Source: the human T2T-CHM13v2.0 reference genome, Homo sapiens | NCBI RefSeq assembly: GCF_009914755.1 | Contig: NC_060926.1 | Direction: 5' to 3' (one strand) | Length of the DNA: 64,000 bases | Shown: in pieces, positions 1 to 15,124 of the stretch | How the letters are laid out: each line of letters opens with the position of its first letter | How positions within the stretch are numbered: the stretch's first letter is position 1 | Position numbers and translations under genes: made by a program | The notes under the pieces: generated by a model | Database searches by the model: none | What the model saw: the letters and a program-made list of their open reading frames with translations, nothing else | Told to the model about the DNA's origin: nothing

Positions 1-759
1 CGTTTCCCCGCTACCCCATAAAGAGAACCAACTAGACGAGAGTAAAAACTTGATCAATTTAATACTCTGGTCATGATCCCAGCAACTAAGGAAGGGGGCT
101 GTGGGGGGGAAAGCCAGCGAGTTTCTTTCTACTCAAATTCCATCTCATTTTTATTTTCTCTTAATGTTTTTTTGAATCCCAAGTTCCAAAACCTGTCCCC
201 TATTATGCAGTGCAAACGAGAACAGATGGGGAAAAGTTATGTTGGAAAGGGCTTTGGAGGGCCACAGAGAAGAGAAATATGACTACTCAATGTGTCACAC
301 ACCAACTTGCAGCTGCCACCAGCCCTTCCACACAACGAGCTGCGTATGGAACCAGCCCGGGTGCTCAGGAGGAGCGGGCTTACTGCAGGAAGGGAGCGCA
401 ATTAGAGAACATTCGCTTTACTTGTGTTTCCTTGAAAATATGAATAAAGAGCGTAGCAGCAGCACAGCCAACAAAAAAGAAATAAATCCAAAGGCTAGCC
501 TGGCAAATGGTTAGCTGTACCTCAGAGTTTCCCAAATGTTAACCGATCATCGGCTTTCTTCAGCCTTTTTATTTCAGAGAAATGCCTTTTCATGTCTCAA
601 AGTCACCATTCAGTTCTTCTCTCTGTCTAGGAATTATTATTCTAGAAAGGTCATACTAGCTTTCATGCATGATGTGGCCTTCCAACCAGTATTTTTCAGT
701 ATTCACAGGGTGCTTATGAGTTCACTAAATATTTCAAGTGTGAGGCAGGTGACCTGGTT

Positions 760-900
760 TTAAATGGCAACTCTGCCAGTTACTAGCTGTGAGGCTTCAG
801 GCGAGTCACCTAGCTTCTCTGAGCCTGTAGTACATCCTGTCTGAAACAGAGCTCGCTTGACTGACTTACCTTCAAGGCTTTTTGTATTCAAGGTAATGTA
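760..900 (+). mobile_element. MIR fragment
   Basis: MIR core-like ctctgccagttactagctgtgaggcttcaggcgagtcacctagcttctctgagcct. Confidence 0.7.
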
Positions 901-1710
901 TATAAATGTCTGACAGAAGAACAATGTTTAATATATAAAAACTATTATTACTGTGATTATCAGAAAGCACAGAAAATGTTATTCTCTTTTCTTTGACTAT
1001 AATATAAAGATACTAAGAATATATATAATACCATATATGTAAAGATAAATTATATATATTTGGCTAGGAATCCCTAAGAATCTATGCTGAAAGTAATTGT
1101 AAGGTTAATGTGGTTTAAATTATTTGATTCAAGTAGTGATTCAGGTCATATAGACAGTATCTTTGAACAAATATCAGTGTTGTAAACAGTTGTGTTATTG
1201 AGTCCCGCAAGGACTTCCTCTGAAATTGTGCCTGTCTTTGTAGAGTGATTATGCAGGAATTTTTCTATCAAGGAAATACTGTTTTTCTTCCCAGGGTAAT
1301 TTATAAATTACCTAGATCAAAATCTTTACAGGAGGATGTTAAAATGCAGTTTCCAGGGCCCATCTCAGACTGTATTTTCAGCATCTCTAAGGCATATAGT
1401 TCAGGGATCTGCATTTTATTTAAAAACAACTGGTAATTCTTAAGCACACTGAAGTTTGAGCACCACTTTCTTAAGGAATGGAGATAGTGATAATTCTAAT
1501 TCTGAGAGGTTTTCAGCTACCTTCCTTCTTTCACCACACACACTCAGGCCCAGAAATACAACAACTGCTAGTGAGACAAAACGGTTGGAATTTGGTAGAT
1601 TTAGCTTCTCTCCCCCACAACCTCTGTTCTCTGTCTAGTTAAGGCTGGACTATTCTACTCATACCCTCCTTGTCCATAGGAGACATTAGCTTGACTATAG
1701 TTTGTTCTAA

Positions 1711-1815
1711 ATGGGTGGCCATACATCCCAGTGTGCCCAGCATAATTATTAATAGCACTCTTTTTCATCTCAAAAGTGTCCCAGTTTGGATGATAGATTA
1801 TACACCATTACCCTA
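1711..1815. mobile_element. MER94 (hAT-Blackjack MITE)
   Basis: Ends gggtggccata...attacccta; internal ttattaatagc...ctcaaaagtgtcccagtttgga resembles MER94. Confidence 0.65.
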
Positions 1816-2441
1816 GGCCTAGAAGACATTTGATTAACACGTGTAGGACATGAATGAGGACTGGCAAAATTTCTAAGGTATGTTATTCATGAGTATGGGG
1901 AAATATACCCAGATACCATTGACGACAATGAGAAATGCTTTGGGAAGTGACATAGGAATGATCAGAGAAAATTATATTCTCAAGTTATCCCATAAATTCG
2001 CAGCAAGAAAGGCAGGACATAGAAAAACTAGGAAGTCTAGACAGGTTAATATCTCCTCTCTCACCAAGCAACTGAGCCCCCCTCCCCTGACCAAAAAAAG
2101 CATGAATCTCGTCACCGTACAGAGTTGGTTATTTTCCTCCTTTCTGCTTAATGGCTATGATCTTGGGCAAGTTATTGAGTATCTCTGAACCTCACTCTAC
2201 TCATGGGTAAAAAAGATAATAAGGCTTACTTCAGTTTTGGGGAGTTACTGAAATAGGTGTGTAAACCAGCTGGCACTGTGATTAGGTGCTCAATGGTAGC
2301 AGTTCCACCATTATTCTTTCCATCATGGCCACTCTGCACTGTAGTCTCACCAGAGTCACATGACTTTTAAAATAAAGTGTTCCTGTGAGAGGAGCCACAA
2401 GGAGGCTGTGGAAGTGGGAGTTGATTCTTGGGTTTAAAGAC

Positions 2442-2742
<301 letters not shown>

Positions 2743-2762
2743 TTTCTCTTTCTGTCTGTCTG

Positions 2763-2810
<48 letters not shown>
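2763..2810. repeat. (GCTT)n microsatellite
   Basis: About 12 tandem gctt units. Confidence 0.95.
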
Positions 2811-2931
2811 CCTTTCTTCTGTTCTTCCTTTCACTGCTTCTCTTTTTTTTTTTTGACAAACTCAGTCATAAAGTCTTTGGTGAATGAAAAAGAAAGTGAA
2901 AGATTAAAGGGAAGAGCAGTAACTGAAAAAC

Positions 2932-3038
2932 AGGTGCCGTGGTGCACACTTGTAGTTCAAGCTACTTGGGAGGCTGAGATGGGAGGATTGCTTGGACCCA
3001 GGAGTTCGAGGTTGCAGTGAACTATGAAAAAAAAAAAA
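2932..3038 (+). mobile_element. 3'-truncated FAM/FRAM-like Alu monomer with A tail
   Basis: Right-arm/7SL-like sequence stops at gcagtgaactatg, then a pure A run. Confidence 0.8.
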
Positions 3039-3120
3039 GATCACTGAAGATGGATCAGAAATGGCAGATTTATAGACCTATGTGAGGCAAAAAAAGAATG
3101 GAAAGAAAAGGAAGGAAGGA

Positions 3121-3522
<402 letters not shown>

Positions 3523-3884
3523 TCAACAAAACCTGACTAGAATGTTGCCTGAGAACTTCTATAAAGGGTCCTGCAGGTTTTTTGAGGAATATGGGTCGGG
3601 TGGGGAGTAGCCCATCCTATGGAAATGATACTACTGTTCATATAACTGTTGCCTCTCAGCCATCTAGACTGCTGTTTGGGTGGGCGGGATGGAGAAATAC
3701 TATTCTGTTAAAACTAAGAGCTTTGAAGTGGAGACAAACACAATCTGGTAGTATCACAGAGGCATTATTCACCCTGATGACTCACACTCTGGCTCCCACA
3801 CAGCAGAGGCAAGAAGTAACATTAGTGACCTTGAAGATGTTGGCCAAGTATAGACCCAGCATTAAAACCTGAGTTCAAATGAAC

Positions 3885-3928
<44 letters not shown>

Positions 3929-3950
3929 AGAGACAGAGACAGAAAGAGAG
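3885..3950. repeat. (GT)n(AG)n compound microsatellite
   Basis: Seen directly. Confidence 0.95.
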
Positions 3951-4823
3951 ACTAAGAGAATACATGTTAAAGAGAATGTATGGTGAACAATTCTAAAAAC
4001 CAGTATAAAAACTTCATATTGAAAGAGCTAACTCAACTAAATAATAAGTACTTACAAGGAAATAATCATTATGTGAGTGGGTCTCAGCTCAAAGCATTGA
4101 TAAAGTTGTTCAGAGCGAGAACATTTAAAAGCATCATTGTTAGTGAGGAGGTAAATAGGAAACCCAGTCCCTATTCCTGGGCTCAAATCTCCCTCATCAT
4201 TTCCATTCATCATGACTCTTTATGAATCCAGTTTGCTGAAAGTAATGTTTTCTGTGTTCCCAACCACACACTGCTCTATGTTCGGAGCCCTACAGACAAA
4301 ATTCAAACAGATGCAGTCCCCAGGCCTTTGACAACATGCAATAGAAAGCAGACAATAATAAAAGAATGCATCGGAACCTACAGATGTGCAGGCAGCTGCA
4401 CAAATGGCAAACAGAGTCATGACCTTAGACCAGATGGTCCCTGTGGCTTAGTAAAAAATTATCAACGTAGAACCCAGGCACAGTTTCAGGTTGATAGAGA
4501 TAGCTAGTTCCTGGAATTGTACATTGAAACCTCAGAGAAAAATAAAAGCAAAACCAACCATGAAGTCATTTAAAGCTGACGAGAAGAGAGAACTTTAGGA
4601 GTTATGTACTAAACAGCTAGAATAGAAAGGGTTTCCAGTTACGGAGTTTGCCACATGGAAAAACCAGGGGATGATAGTGGAGCACACCATTGTAAACAGT
4701 GAAGAATCTCATTGGTCACCATGTTTGCATGGACAAAAGAAGAGGACTGGAGTGCAAGGGCTGTAGAGGATGGCTTAAAGGTAGACTTGAGACAAGTGTA
4801 CTCAGAGTTTGTTTCTCGTTTAA

Positions 4824-5183
<360 letters not shown>

Positions 5184-5889
5184 CTATTTTTTTTTTAAAG
5201 TGTTTACCTTTCATGGGTGCATATAATAGTTACAGGAAGTAAGGTGTGGTTTACTCAGAATTCATAACTATAATTAAAACAACAACAACAAAAAACCTCT
5301 TAGGATCTTTTCTCTGCAATTAACAGTAGCCCAACTCAAAATAGCCTAAGGAGAAAAGAGACTATCATAAGAAAATCCACGTGTTTCCCAGACTCCAAGA
5401 ACTGGAATGTAGGTGGGTCGCACTTAACCACACTTAAATACCACAAGCACTCTCTGTCCATCTTTTGTCTTTGTTTTGCCAGTTGGCTTCCTTCTTTGCT
5501 TGCTGCCAGCTAACCTGCTGTAGTGTTCATGCGTGCACATGGGAAACACAACTGCCAATAGGCCACATCTTATGTTTCTTCCTTTTCAAACAGCAGCAAG
5601 ATTGACCTGAGTCTTAGTCTAATTCCAAACTCCTGGGAAAGGGTTAAGATTGATCCCATTTGGGTCAGGTAGCCACCCCTGAATGAATTAATGGTAGCCA
5701 CTGGGTCACAATGTATTAACTCAGCTCCCATCGCTGCCATATTTGTAAACATGTGGAGGGGACAGTTCCTAGGAAAGAATGGTACTGACTAGACAAAGGG
5801 TATTTATGTATCAAGATGCTTTGGGCTGGGTATTTATTATGTCACATAACAAAAAGTCTTGCCTGCAATTTAATGAGTCTGAGATTCAA

Positions 5890-6020
5890 GTCAATGCAAT
5901 TTAACCAGTACTTATTGAGCACCTACTAAGTGCCAGGCACTGTTTTTGGTGCTGGTGATGTATGAGTGAATAAAGCAGGCAATAATCTCTGCCTTCAGGG
6001 AGCGTATATTCTATGGTTGG
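5890..6020 (-). mobile_element. L2 3' end
   Basis: cttattgagcacctactaagtgccaggcactgt is the reverse complement of the L2 3' terminus. Confidence 0.8.
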
Positions 6021-6960
6021 TTAATTCAGTGACTCAGGAGCATTAACAAGTTCTCAGATTTTTTGTTTGTTTGTTTTAACTCTGCCAACCCCAGCAAGTC
6101 AGCTATAACAATCCCTGACAAAAGAAATTGAACCAAGACACACAAAGTTTTAGTAACTTACCTAAGGTCACACAAGAGCCTATGAAGGAATCATGAGACC
6201 AGACTCTTAACTGAAATACAGTGCTGGTTTTTTGGCTCTGAGGCTGGAGAAGGACCCAGCTTTCCTGAAGCATGTGGCTACCTGATGCCTGAACAAAATC
6301 AGGGGTCTATGACCCAAGAATAGGTGGGGATGGCTTCTAGAGGGGAAACTACCATGACTTCTATAGCCTGCTGCACTGGGACCAATGTATCTTTAAATCT
6401 GAGAATTGACTGAGTTGGTAAAAACCACTTTATTTATAGTTAGAAGCTCTCCCTGAGGTCGTGGTTAGGAGATCAGGATAGAACTGGAGGTGGCTTACGC
6501 AGAATACAAGGGGCTTGTAAATCAAGGTTTCTATTTGCAAAGATGTTGATCAGCACAGAAGGGATAGAGCTGATGGTTACAGCAGGGGGCAGTCTCCTAA
6601 ACTGCAGAAAAGGCACTTTGATGTAGCAGAAAGTATATAAAGTCTAGAATTTAGAGACTGGGTATCAATTCCTATAATGTAACAGTCAGAAGATTCTTAA
6701 GGTATGTTGGGGTATCATTTTAGCAGAGGTTGAGGAAAATCGTCTTCATTTGACTTTAACCAGGAAAGGTGCTTTTGGATCCCACATTGGCAAACCTGCT
6801 ATAGCTGATTACCACTCAGTGATGGAAACTAGGAACTTCTGGAAAGAAAAGGCATAAATTTAAACAGAATTTCTGTAAATCTGAATAATGTAGAAAGAAG
6901 AGGAGGAGGAATCATAGATAATTACTCCTATGAAATACAAGCTGGAGATATAACATCCTA

Positions 6961-7631
<671 letters not shown>

Positions 7632-9584
7632 TGAGTGGTGGGCACATGAGTGTGTTTTTTTATTATTCTCTATGCTTTTTTTTTTCCTGGAATATTTCAT
7701 TAAAAAAAAAACAAGCTTGGTATCATTTTGCCTTTTTGGAATCTGTCATTTGTAATTTGATGCATTGTCATTAGTGAGTGGGGAGGTGCAGAAGAGGAAC
7801 TGAGTTCTGATGTCTTCTTCCTTCCAGAAGGAAGGACCAGATCTGAGATCTTAGATCATCAAGAATATTCCTCATATCATGTTTGTGGTCATGGCACTAC
7901 CCTCCCCTCCCTTTCTCCTGCCCCCTCGCAGTTTTTTCCTGTACATTTGGGAACTCAGTTGCATCCTACAATTTGCCACTGCCCCAGTTGCACCAAGGAG
8001 TGGGTGTAGTAGAAATTCAGTATCCACTGGTATGTGTCATTGTTCCTGAGTCAACTTTGCTTTTCAAAAACACAATATGTTATTAAACAAAATCTCTCCT
8101 CTGTTCTGAACAACAGACTAGCAGTTGGGCTTTTTAATATATACTTAAGAAAAGTATACATGCTTAGTCCACTCGAAGGCTAATCACCTGCCAGGGTTTA
8201 TTGGGAGTTGCTAGGGTGGGTCCCACCCACCCCTCAACACCAATTCTTGAGTCACACAATGGCAACATTTTGCTATAAAAATGCTAACTTCTCTTCTGTT
8301 GTACTTCTGCTGTTATTCAAAAACAGCCAAATGGATGTTATTGAAATCCGGTCCCAAGAAAGGTTGAAATTGCTCCCCAGCTGGGCCTGAGACCCTGTGT
8401 GCCAAATTTCAGCCTAAAGAGAATTCTTATATTTGAGTCACTCCGAGCAGCTGAAAATATGAGGTTTGGGGTGGAAATGCTAACAGACTCTTAACTATCA
8501 TTTTGCAAACCATGTGATTATAACACAATGCAACCCCCCTCTGGAGCAGCTCTCTGGCAAAAGCAACAGAAACAAGACGTCTGGGCCCGAAAGTTCTGCC
8601 TTTACAAGCTTCTGCTGGGCTAGCAGCAGGCAGGGGAAGCCTGGTGATGCCATTGTCGACATTGCTGTTCTAGCTGACGTTAAAAGATGGGCCTCATTGG
8701 TGAATTTCTGTTAAATAGCATGAGCGTATACAGCTCATTCCTTTGCAGGGTGCCTTGGAACGCAAGTTTATGGTCACCCTTGCCTGTTCTGGAAGTGTTA
8801 TCACCAACACAGTGCTTGATTCCAACCAGACACGAATTGTTTGCCACCTCTAGTCCCATTGGCTTAGTCACACTTGCTCCCATTCCAACTTGGCAAAAAT
8901 GCCTGCACTGCTTGGCCACTTGCTTCTATCATCTGGCATTTAGATGTGGGCTGAATCTCTCCTCAGTAACATTCGGGGCCACAGAGATGCTTTGGTTCCA
9001 GTCTCCAAACACATGTTCCAGACAGTGAGTGTCCAAATGTAGGTAGAGTTTCCATGGGCTGATTCATTCATGGAACCCTCACAGGATGGAGGGCAATCAG
9101 AGCTTCTTGGAGGCAACCCCCTAGAGCACTATTTCTAGAAGAGTCTCTCACCATACCTGCCAGAACACTCAGCCCTCTATAGGGTGGTGACAAAAGGCAA
9201 ATTTCTCCCAAGGCCCAGTCAAACTGTGGCTTATCTGTTTCTGCTACTCACCAGCCAGTCTACTTTGGGCAAAAAAATTACATGCATTGATGGGTAAATC
9301 TCAGTTTCCTACGGGACAGAACCTGCCTTCTGTCTGCTTGTGAAAATCATAGAATGTGAGAGTATTTTCTAAACTGCTATGCACCATATACATTTTTGGC
9401 CATGATATCTCCAAAATTGCATTGTAGCTTCAAAATTCAAATTTCAGCTAAATTACAATTGAAGTCAATAGGAGTGGATTTTAAAGATCTGCTTCCATTA
9501 GAAATAGCAGGCCACAGGTTCTCAGAATTAGTATTTGTCAGATGTCTGATACATACTCAGTTCTCTGTTAAGGACTGTGAAGGT

Positions 9585-9882
<298 letters not shown>

Positions 9883-10258
9883 ATGACTGTGAAAGATACA
9901 TGGTAAGTGAAGACATGATTCCTAATATTAACACGATTATGATTTAGCATAAAACAAAAGATACTTTGATAATTAAGTGAGAGATGCTATAGATACAATA
10001 ACAATTCAAAAGTAAAGAGGAGCTGTGAGGGCTGGAGAAATGGGGTAGCTTCATGGATAATGCATGTGATAGATTCTGTCATTTGTGTCTGTCAAGGACC
10101 CTTCTTTAGGGATATCTTAGTCCATTCCGCTATAACAAAACACTTTAGACAGGGCAATTAATAATTAACAGAAATTTATTTCTTACAGTTTTAGAGGCTG
10201 GGAAGTCTAAGATTGAGGCACCAGTAGATTTGATATCTGGTGAGGGCTTGCTCTCTGC

Positions 10259-10765
10259 TTGAGTGCAGTGGCACAATCACAGATCACGGCAGCCTTGACC
10301 TCCTGGGCTCAAACCATCTTCCTACCTCAGCCTCACCAGTAGCTGGGGCTATAGGCACAAGCCACCATGCCCAGCTAACTTCTGTATTTTTTGTGGAAAC
10401 GGGATTTTGTGGCCAGGCGCTGTGGCTCACTCCTGTAATCCCAGCACTTTGGGAGGCCAAGGCAGGTGGATCACTTGAGGCCAGGAGTTCAAGGTTGGCC
10501 AACATAGCGAAACCCTATCTCTACTAAAAATACAAAAATTAGCCAGGCATGGTAGCACACGCTTGTAATCCCTACTCGGGAGGCTGAGGCACGAAAATCA
10601 CTTGAACCCGGAGGTGGAGGTTGCAGTGAGCACAGATGGCGCCACTGTACTCCAGCCTGAGCGACAGAGTGAGACTCTGTCTCAAAAAAAAAAGAAAGAA
10701 AAAAAAAAGAAACGGGGTTTTGCCGTGTTGGGCTGGTCTCAAACTCCAAGGCTCAAGATGATTCA
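10259..10765 (-). mobile_element. AluJ fragment split by a nested Alu
   Basis: Antisense Alu resumes at gaaacggggttttgccgtgttgg after the nested element. Confidence 0.8.
10411..10708 (+). mobile_element. AluS/J nested in AluJ
   Basis: Full dimer; TSD gaaacggg(a/g)ttttg. Confidence 0.9.
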
Positions 10766-10815
10766 CCCGCACCTTTTCTTAAGGGCCCCACATCTTAATA
10801 CTATGTTGGGCATGA

Positions 10816-11137
<322 letters not shown>

Positions 11138-12042
11138 CTGGATTAGGTTTCAACGTAAGAATTTTAGGAAGACACAAACATTCAGACCACAGCAAGGAGA
11201 TTTGATCTTCCACACTCCATGTGGTTTTAATGGGTTTGACAGTCATAATACTCTACCTCCCTGGCTACAGATGTGGGCGTATACCCTGGGCTTAGCTATC
11301 ATAGTACCCCACCATTCTAGATGGAATGATTGAACAAGAAAATGCCATTTGGTCCAAATCAGGCCAATGAAAACTCCCCCGCTCTCGCCCCGCAGCCAGG
11401 ATATTACAAATGGAGGATGGGAGAGAGGAAGTCTTTTGTGGGTTACGCATAAGATGTTGTAAGTGTGGAGCTTTCTGTGGCCCTGTGCTGGTCCTTCAGT
11501 ATGGAGGCACGATGTCTACAGAAGGAGAGAATTCATCCAGTGCAGGGTAAAGTGAGACTGGATATGAGAAGAGGGACCTAATAGCACTGTCTAGGTCCCT
11601 GGCATCTCTGAAGCAAGCTGTTCTGTTTTTCGTAAAACCAAATTTCCTTTTTGTGCCATAGAAGTTTGGTTTGGATTTTCTTTCATTTGACCCAGAAGGA
11701 GTCCTAACTCTTGGAGAATGGGATTTGACTTGTGTATTTTAAAAATGGGCAAGATATTGATATGCCCAGGGAAATGATAGGGTATTCTGGGCAAGCAGAG
11801 CTGCTTTAATGAAGGTCCAGAGATAAGAATGAGCATGGTATATTTGGGGAATCTGAGAAAATCAGCCTGAATGAAGTAAATTGGGAATAAGTAAATTAGG
11901 TGGGTTATAAAGGAAGAGGTCAGTTTGGGAGTTTGTTTAAACTAGATAAGAGTCGAGGCTTGATTAAAAGGAAACAAAGAGTTTCTAAAATTAAAATAAA
12001 GAAAAACTACATCTGTTTAAAGGCAAAATTTTAAAAGTCTGT

Positions 12043-12776
12043 TGCATTAATCTGCTCAGGCTGCCATGACAAAAATCTCACAGACTGGGTGGCTTAAACA
12101 AGAGACATTTATTTTCTCACACTTCTGGAGGCTAGAAGTCCAAGATCAAGGTTCTGGCAAATTCGGGTTCTAGTAAGGGCTCCCTTCCTGGCTTATAGAT
12201 GGCTAGCTTCTCACGGTGTCCTCATATGTCCTTTCCTTTATGTACACATAGTGGGGAGAGGGTGGGAGTTGGGTGGAGTTGTTGGGGGAGCTTTAGTGTC
12301 TCTTCCTCTTTTTTTTTTTTTTTTTTTTTTTTGACGGAGTCTTGCTCTGTCGCCCAGGCTGGAGTGCAGTAGTGCAATCTCGGCTCACTGCAAGCTCCAC
12401 CTCCCGGCTTCACGCCATTCTTCTGCCTCAGCCTCCTGAGTAGCTGGGACTACAGGCGCCCGCCACCACACCCAGCTAATTTTTTGTATTTTTAGTACAG
12501 ACAGGGTTTCACCGTGTTAGTCACGATGGTCTCGATCTCCTGACCTTGTGATCCACCTGCCTCGGCCTCCCAAAGTGCTGGGATTACAGGCGTGAGCCAC
12601 CGCGCCCGGCCTCTTCCTCTTTTTGTAAGGATACCAATTGTACAGGATTAAAGCCCCACCCTTATGGCCTCATTTATTTTAATTACCCCCATAAAGGCTC
12701 TATCTCCACATGCAGTCACATTGGGGGTTGGGACTTAATATGTAAATTTTGGAGGGACACAATTCACTTTATAACA
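12043..12776 (-). mobile_element. MLT1A0-like MaLR LTR containing AluY
   Basis: ggcttaaacaagagacatttattttctcacacttctggaggctagaagtccaagatcaagg; ends gggacacaattcactttataaca. Confidence 0.8.
12309..12610 (-). mobile_element. AluY
   Basis: caagctcc, ttcacgccattc and gatggtctcgatctcc diagnostics; TSD ctcttcctctttt. Confidence 0.93.
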
Positions 12777-12985
12777 ATAACATCTGTCAAAACTAAGAAC
12801 AGGAGAAAATGAAGGTAATGGAAACACTGATACACTAGTGGGAAAGTAAATCATCACAGCTACCTAGGAGGAAAATCTGGCAAAATCTACTCATGTTGGA
12901 ACATGTATGTCCAAAACCCATGAATTCTACTCTGATTTTGGGAAATCTTTTACACCTGTGCACCATGAAGTACATTCAAAAATGA

Positions 12986-13381
<396 letters not shown>

Positions 13382-13531
13382 TAAATTTTGGTGCGTTCAT
13401 ACAATCAACCCTACATAGCAGTAGAAGTGAAAGAAAAAAAAAAAACCTAGACCTGCATGTATCGACATGAACAAATCTCAAATATAATAATGTTGAGGAA
13501 AAAAATCAAGTTAATGAAGAACATAATAAAT

Positions 13532-13725
13532 CAGTGGGGTGCCAGAGCTGGCTTACATGTATTGGGGTCATCTCTTCCTAACTTCTTGTTCACTGACACA
13601 ATGTGGTCATTTGAATTTGGCCATGCTGGGAGTATGTAAGCATGGAAATTGGCAGATGCTTTAAATTAAGTTGTCTTTTTTCTCCTAGAGAACCTGTTGT
13701 TAAACAATTTACCAGGATATCACTG
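13532..13725. mobile_element. MER63-like hAT MITE
   Basis: Termini cagtggggtgcc ... ggatatcactg; internal ttggccatgctgggagtatg and gttgttaaacaatttaccag. Confidence 0.7.
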
Positions 13726-14828
13726 GATAACATTTTTTTAGATTATCTCATTTAATCCATACATCAACACTACTAGATATTACTAGATATTATCACCATT
13801 TCACAGATGAAGAAACAGGCTGAGTGTTGTAAGTAACTTGCCCAATCCACACAGGTAATAAGGACAGACCAGAGATTATTACCTCATAGTTAGAGTTTAC
13901 ATGTATATACAAAATACGCACATATTATATACCTGACTTTTTGGGGGTTTTGACTCTCCCTATTACTCTGTTCCTATTATAGCTGCTACATACGTATATT
14001 TTAGCATTTGCCATGCTGAATTGCAATCATTCACTTATTAATACTCCTTATTCAATTATGAGCCTCCAGAGAGAATAGACCATACCTTATTCATGTCTAT
14101 AGTTCCAGAACACAGGCTAGACATGGCACATCTACATAAATTCCTTGTTAGTAGCCTAACTCTGCCTTTGCAGCCATTCTTTACTAACTGCTCATGGGTG
14201 ATGAATATTACAGGACCATTATTGAATGATTAGCCATTTCTTTAGCTCCAAGATCCCTAAGCAACCACCATCACAAGGTGGGCTCAGCAGGAAGAATATT
14301 CAATACAATCAACCCCTGTTTGTAGGGCTGTTCCTAATACTTTAAACACCACAAATGTGATGTCTAGGGCTTTTTAAGTTTAAGAACTGCACTCACATCA
14401 GTCTGTCCCCAGCAGTTCACACATATTACAATAACTAAATGACAGGATAGCACCATATTCATAGAATATACAAGAATAAAGGAAAAATATGAGACAATGT
14501 AGATCAATAGCATAAGATAAAGTCTTGCCAAAAGCTATCTTTTTATTATGATAGAGCCATAGGGTCCAGAGGGGCAAGACCGCACAATTCAGAAGCTTTC
14601 CCACACAAGAAACTAACAGAGTTGGTTGTTGATGGCATTTTGAGGCATAACATTTTTATAAATATTAAAATACTTAAAACAACACAATATACCATAGTAT
14701 CATATAAATACAAGTATTTGGTATAATAAATACCACATTCAGGATAATGATTACTTCTTAAGAGGAAGGAAAGGAAGGTAATTAATTAGGAAAACAGAAG
14801 AGCTTCAGTTGAATTTGAAATGTATTTC

Positions 14829-15124
<296 letters not shown>

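Noticed and set aside
1-520. Promoter or first exon at the window start
   Set aside because: Only a few CpGs; no island or core-promoter evidence inside the window
8250-8550. Possible very ancient repeat (tgtgccaaatttcagcc motif)
   Set aside because: I cannot assign a family or boundaries by eye; needs a Dfam search
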